The notes beneath the pieces are model-generated. The model made no database searches. It was not told the origin of the DNA and worked only from the letters and a program-made list of their open reading frames with translations. A DNA stretch of 64,000 bases from NCBI GenBank assembly GCA_963666285.1, contig OY762711.1. One strand, written 5' to 3'. Below are positions 61,315 through 64,000 of the stretch, piece by piece. Source of the DNA: Sedimentisphaerales bacterium (lineage in GTDB: Bacteria; Planctomycetota; Phycisphaerae; Sedimentisphaerales; SM23-30). Position numbers and translations under genes: made by a program. Numbering within the stretch: position 1 is the stretch's first letter; the number at the start of each line of letters is the position of its first letter.

Positions 61315-62697
61315 ATGGCAAGAATTTCAAGACGTCAATTTGTAAAAAGTGCTGCATTTGGTGCTGCATGTACGATGGGATTTCCCAACATTATCAGAGC
61401 GCAAGGTCTGAACGAAAAACTACAGGTAGGTTTTGTGGCTGTAGGCGGTCGTGCAAGTGCACATACCGGCGAATCACACAATGCGGGACTGCAGTGTATT
61501 ACATTTGCCGAAGTTGATAAAACAAGATGGGGCGGCGTTCTAGACAAAGAAGGCTGGTCAAAAGCTGCCGGTTATACAGACTGGCGTAAAATGTTTGAAA
61601 ACCACGGCAAGGAACTGGATGTCGTATTTGTATCGACTCCGGACCATAGCCACTTTGCCCCTTCAATGACAGCAATTAATATGGGTATTCACTGTTATAC
61701 CGAAAAACCGCTGACCTGGTCAGTTCGTGAAGCACAGCTGCTAACCGAAGCGTATAAGAAAAATCCGAAGGTTGTAACTCAGATGGGTAACCAGGGTCAC
61801 GCAGGACGCGGCTGGCGAAAAGCATATGATTATGTAAAAGGCGGTGCAATTGGCGATATAATCGAGTTCCACACCTGGACAAATCGCCCGGTATGGCCTC
61901 AAGGCGGTGACAGACCGGACTGGACCAGCCCGGTACCAGAGAGTCTCGACTGGGAAGCATGGATCGGCCCTGCCCCAATGAGACCTTTTTCCGGGCCAAA
62001 AGACGGTCAGGGTAACGGCCCATACCATGCTTTCAACTGGCGTGGTTTTGTAGATTTTGGTTCAGGAGCGCTTGGTGACATGGCATGCCATACAACCGAC
62101 GGTATATATGCTATTATGGACCCTGGTTATGCCGCAACAGCAGAACCAGTCACAATGACCGGCCCGGTAACAGACCAATGGCCGCTTGGCATGGTAGTAA
62201 AAAATACCTACCGCGCGAAAGGTGATCGCCCCGGATTTACCGCATACTGGTACGAAGGAAAAGATAAGAGCGATAAGCCATTTATGCCGGAAAACCCAGA
62301 AGAACTGGAAAAAGACGGTCGCAATCTGCCTCGTACCGGAACACTGGTAATTGGCACAAAAGGTAAGATGCTGGTCGAAGGTGACTATTGGGACAGTGCC
62401 CACCTGATACCTTATGCCAAGCACAAAGAATTTGGCAAGCCTAAGGCTCTGCTGGAGCAGTCTCCGGGCCATCATACGGAATTCTTTATGGCATGTCGTG
62501 GCGAAAAACCGCGTGAATTCAGCCAGTCTAACTTTGGCTATGCCGGACCTATGACAGCTAATATTCAGCTGGGTAACTTATGTGCCAGAGCCGGCAAAAA
62601 ACTCATCCTGAATGAGGCTGGCGAAATCACTAACGATCCGAAGATTAATGAGCTTGCCTGGCGTGAACCTCGTAAAGGCTGGGGACCAATGGCATAG
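61315..62697 (+). CDS. Tat-exported Gfo/Idh/MocA oxidoreductase
   Basis: SRRQFV Tat motif, STPDH.H, YTEKPL, TQMGNQG, W.GPAP and GALGDMACH motifs. Confidence 0.92.
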   Translation: MARISRRQFVKSAAFGAACTMGFPNIIRAQGLNEKLQVGFVAVGGRASAHTGESHNAGLQCITFAEVDKTRWGGVLDKEGWSKAAGYTDWRKMFENHGKELDVVFVSTPDHSHFAPSMTAINMGIHCYTEKPLTWSVREAQLLTEAYKKNPKVVTQMGNQGHAGRGWRKAYDYVKGGAIGDIIEFHTWTNRPVWPQGGDRPDWTSPVPESLDWEAWIGPAPMRPFSGPKDGQGNGPYHAFNWRGFVDFGSGALGDMACHTTDGIYAIMDPGYAATAEPVTMTGPVTDQWPLGMVVKNTYRAKGDRPGFTAYWYEGKDKSDKPFMPENPEELEKDGRNLPRTGTLVIGTKGKMLVEGDYWDSAHLIPYAKHKEFGKPKALLEQSPGHHTEFFMACRGEKPREFSQSNFGYAGPMTANIQLGNLCARAGKKLILNEAGEITNDPKINELAWREPRKGWGPMA

Positions 62698-62772
62698 AAC
62701 CATTCAAACAAGATACGGCTGCGAGCGTAAGAAATTGTGTAAGCAGACACTCGTTAATTACAAAAAAAGAAA

Positions 62773-62809
62773 AGACTCATCCTGAATATTCGGGGTGAGC
62801 CTTTTTTTT
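62773..62809 (+). terminator. Rho-independent terminator
   Basis: CTCATCCTGAA/TTCGGGGTGAG stem followed by a T tract. Confidence 0.75.
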
Positions 62810-62933
62810 ATACTATAATTCATCAGATAATTATGACTATTGACATTCTCTCATATATACAATAGGATAACACAAGACGTTTTGGCAATTAAAATGCAAT
62901 TTATGGATTAAATCTATTTAAGGAAACTATATT

Positions 62934-63473
62934 ATGCTCTGTCCTATATGTAAAACAGTTGCGTTAAATAACGAAGAACTACTGCCAAATTTGACAGCAA
63001 AAGCTTGTGGACAATGCGGCGGACGATGGATACAATCTTTTCAATACTGGAAATGGCTCGATACACAAAAAAATAAACTTGCCGAAAAGCCAAATGACAC
63101 AAAGGCAGATTTGCCGGTAGAAGATTCTGCCGCCGGAAAATTATGTCCGGAATGTGGTCATTTTCTTTCACATAAAAAAGTCGGCCATGGCGTTGATTTC
63201 CACCTGGACAGATGCGGCAATTGCGGCGGCATCTGGTTCGACAAGAACGAATGGGAAATTCTTCAAGGTAAGAACCTACATGACGATATACATTTTGTCT
63301 TTAGTTCCGCTTGGCAAAAACAAATTGAACAGGATGAAATTGAGCAAACACAAGAACATAGATTTGAAAAAATCCTCGGTGCAGCCGATTATCAAAAGAC
63401 AAAAGAAATCGCCGGATGGATAAAGTCACATCCAAATAAAAGTACTATATTGGGTTATATAACAGATAAATAG
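62934..63473 (+). CDS. Double zinc-ribbon (zf-TFIIB-like) protein
   Basis: CPIC...CGQCGGRW and CPEC...DRCGNCGGIWFD..E motifs. Confidence 0.85.
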   Translation: MLCPICKTVALNNEELLPNLTAKACGQCGGRWIQSFQYWKWLDTQKNKLAEKPNDTKADLPVEDSAAGKLCPECGHFLSHKKVGHGVDFHLDRCGNCGGIWFDKNEWEILQGKNLHDDIHFVFSSAWQKQIEQDEIEQTQEHRFEKILGAADYQKTKEIAGWIKSHPNKSTILGYITDK

Positions 63474-63517
63474 TTTACTGTTTTTTTATCTGATGTAAGA
63501 AGCAATTTAATTGCAAT

Positions 63518-64000
63518 TTATATCTGCCACCCTTCTCTATACTCTTTGGTCAAATACTGATTGGCCTCAGGGATATTGGAAAATTCTCTTTTTTCTGCGT
63601 CCCAGAGCAATTTCTGACGATCGAGCTTTTCTTTGAGATCAACACGCAGAGCAATATTGCCCATTAAAACAGTTTCAGTGAGCGGTCCGGCCCAATCGAA
63701 GTTAGAACCGGCAACAGAACCTCCCTTGCAGGCATTAAGCCATTCCTGATAGTGGCCTGGAGAAGATTCAATAACAGGCTGAGGCGTCTGATATTCTTTT
63801 CGACGAGATTCGGGAATGATTCTCCCATTGAAAATTTTACCATCATCACCAACATATATAGTACCGTTGGTACCCATCTGCAAGCCATCTTCCAGCTCTG
63901 CCGGACGATCAGGCTTGAGCCCGCCATCATACCATTTAAGAGTGACAGGCGGCATATCACCTCGCTGTGGAAATTCATAGGTAACAATTGAACCAGACGG
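63518..64000 (-). CDS. Gfo/Idh/MocA oxidoreductase, C-terminal part (5' end outside the window)
   Basis: LKWYDGG..P.RP.EL, SPGHY.EW..AC.G, SNFDWAGPLTE..L.GN and EYR.GW motifs; paralogous to the C-terminus of 61315-62697. Confidence 0.88.
   Translation of the reverse strand, partial: PSGSIVTYEFPQRGDMPPVTLKWYDGGLKPDRPAELEDGLQMGTNGTIYVGDDGKIFNGRIIPESRRKEYQTPQPVIESSPGHYQEWLNACKGGSVAGSNFDWAGPLTETVLMGNIALRVDLKEKLDRQKLLWDAEKREFSNIPEANQYLTKEYREGWQI

Overview
A 64-kb window of bacterial chromosome, AT-rich between genes. The gene content suggests a planctomycete, probably Phycisphaerae/Sedimentisphaerales-like. This is inferred from the giant FliD, HEAT-repeat, sulfatase, Tat-exported Gfo/Idh/MocA and LamG/Ig/dockerin-like secreted proteins. 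Most of the window is housekeeping genes: purH, metG, hisF, purL/purQ, tyrA, accA, rlmN, dnaK, pgpA, panB, mlaE/mlaF and a sirC-like gene. These are mixed with secreted hydrolases and two small accessory patches (about 9.8-10.8 kb and 40.6-42.8 kb). I recognised no rRNA, tRNA, CRISPR array or transposase. Most notable observations: (1) a dispersed, highly structured ~190-bp non-coding repeat with 3 full and 2 partial copies and two alternative loop alleles; (2) an intact PilT/PilU ATPase followed by a membrane-anchored PilB/GspE-like pseudo-ATPase that has lost all catalytic motifs, then a CvpA-like protein; (3) a topoisomerase VI A (Spo11-like) gene with no adjacent B subunit; (4) a lone HydB/NuoF-type flavoprotein; (5) regulatory signals: a sigma-28 promoter plus CsrA-like GGA hairpins before fliD, a sigma-54 promoter plus paired enhancer-like sites before dnaK, and a probable leaderless AraC transcript. 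All assignments come from reading motifs by eye; no searches were run.
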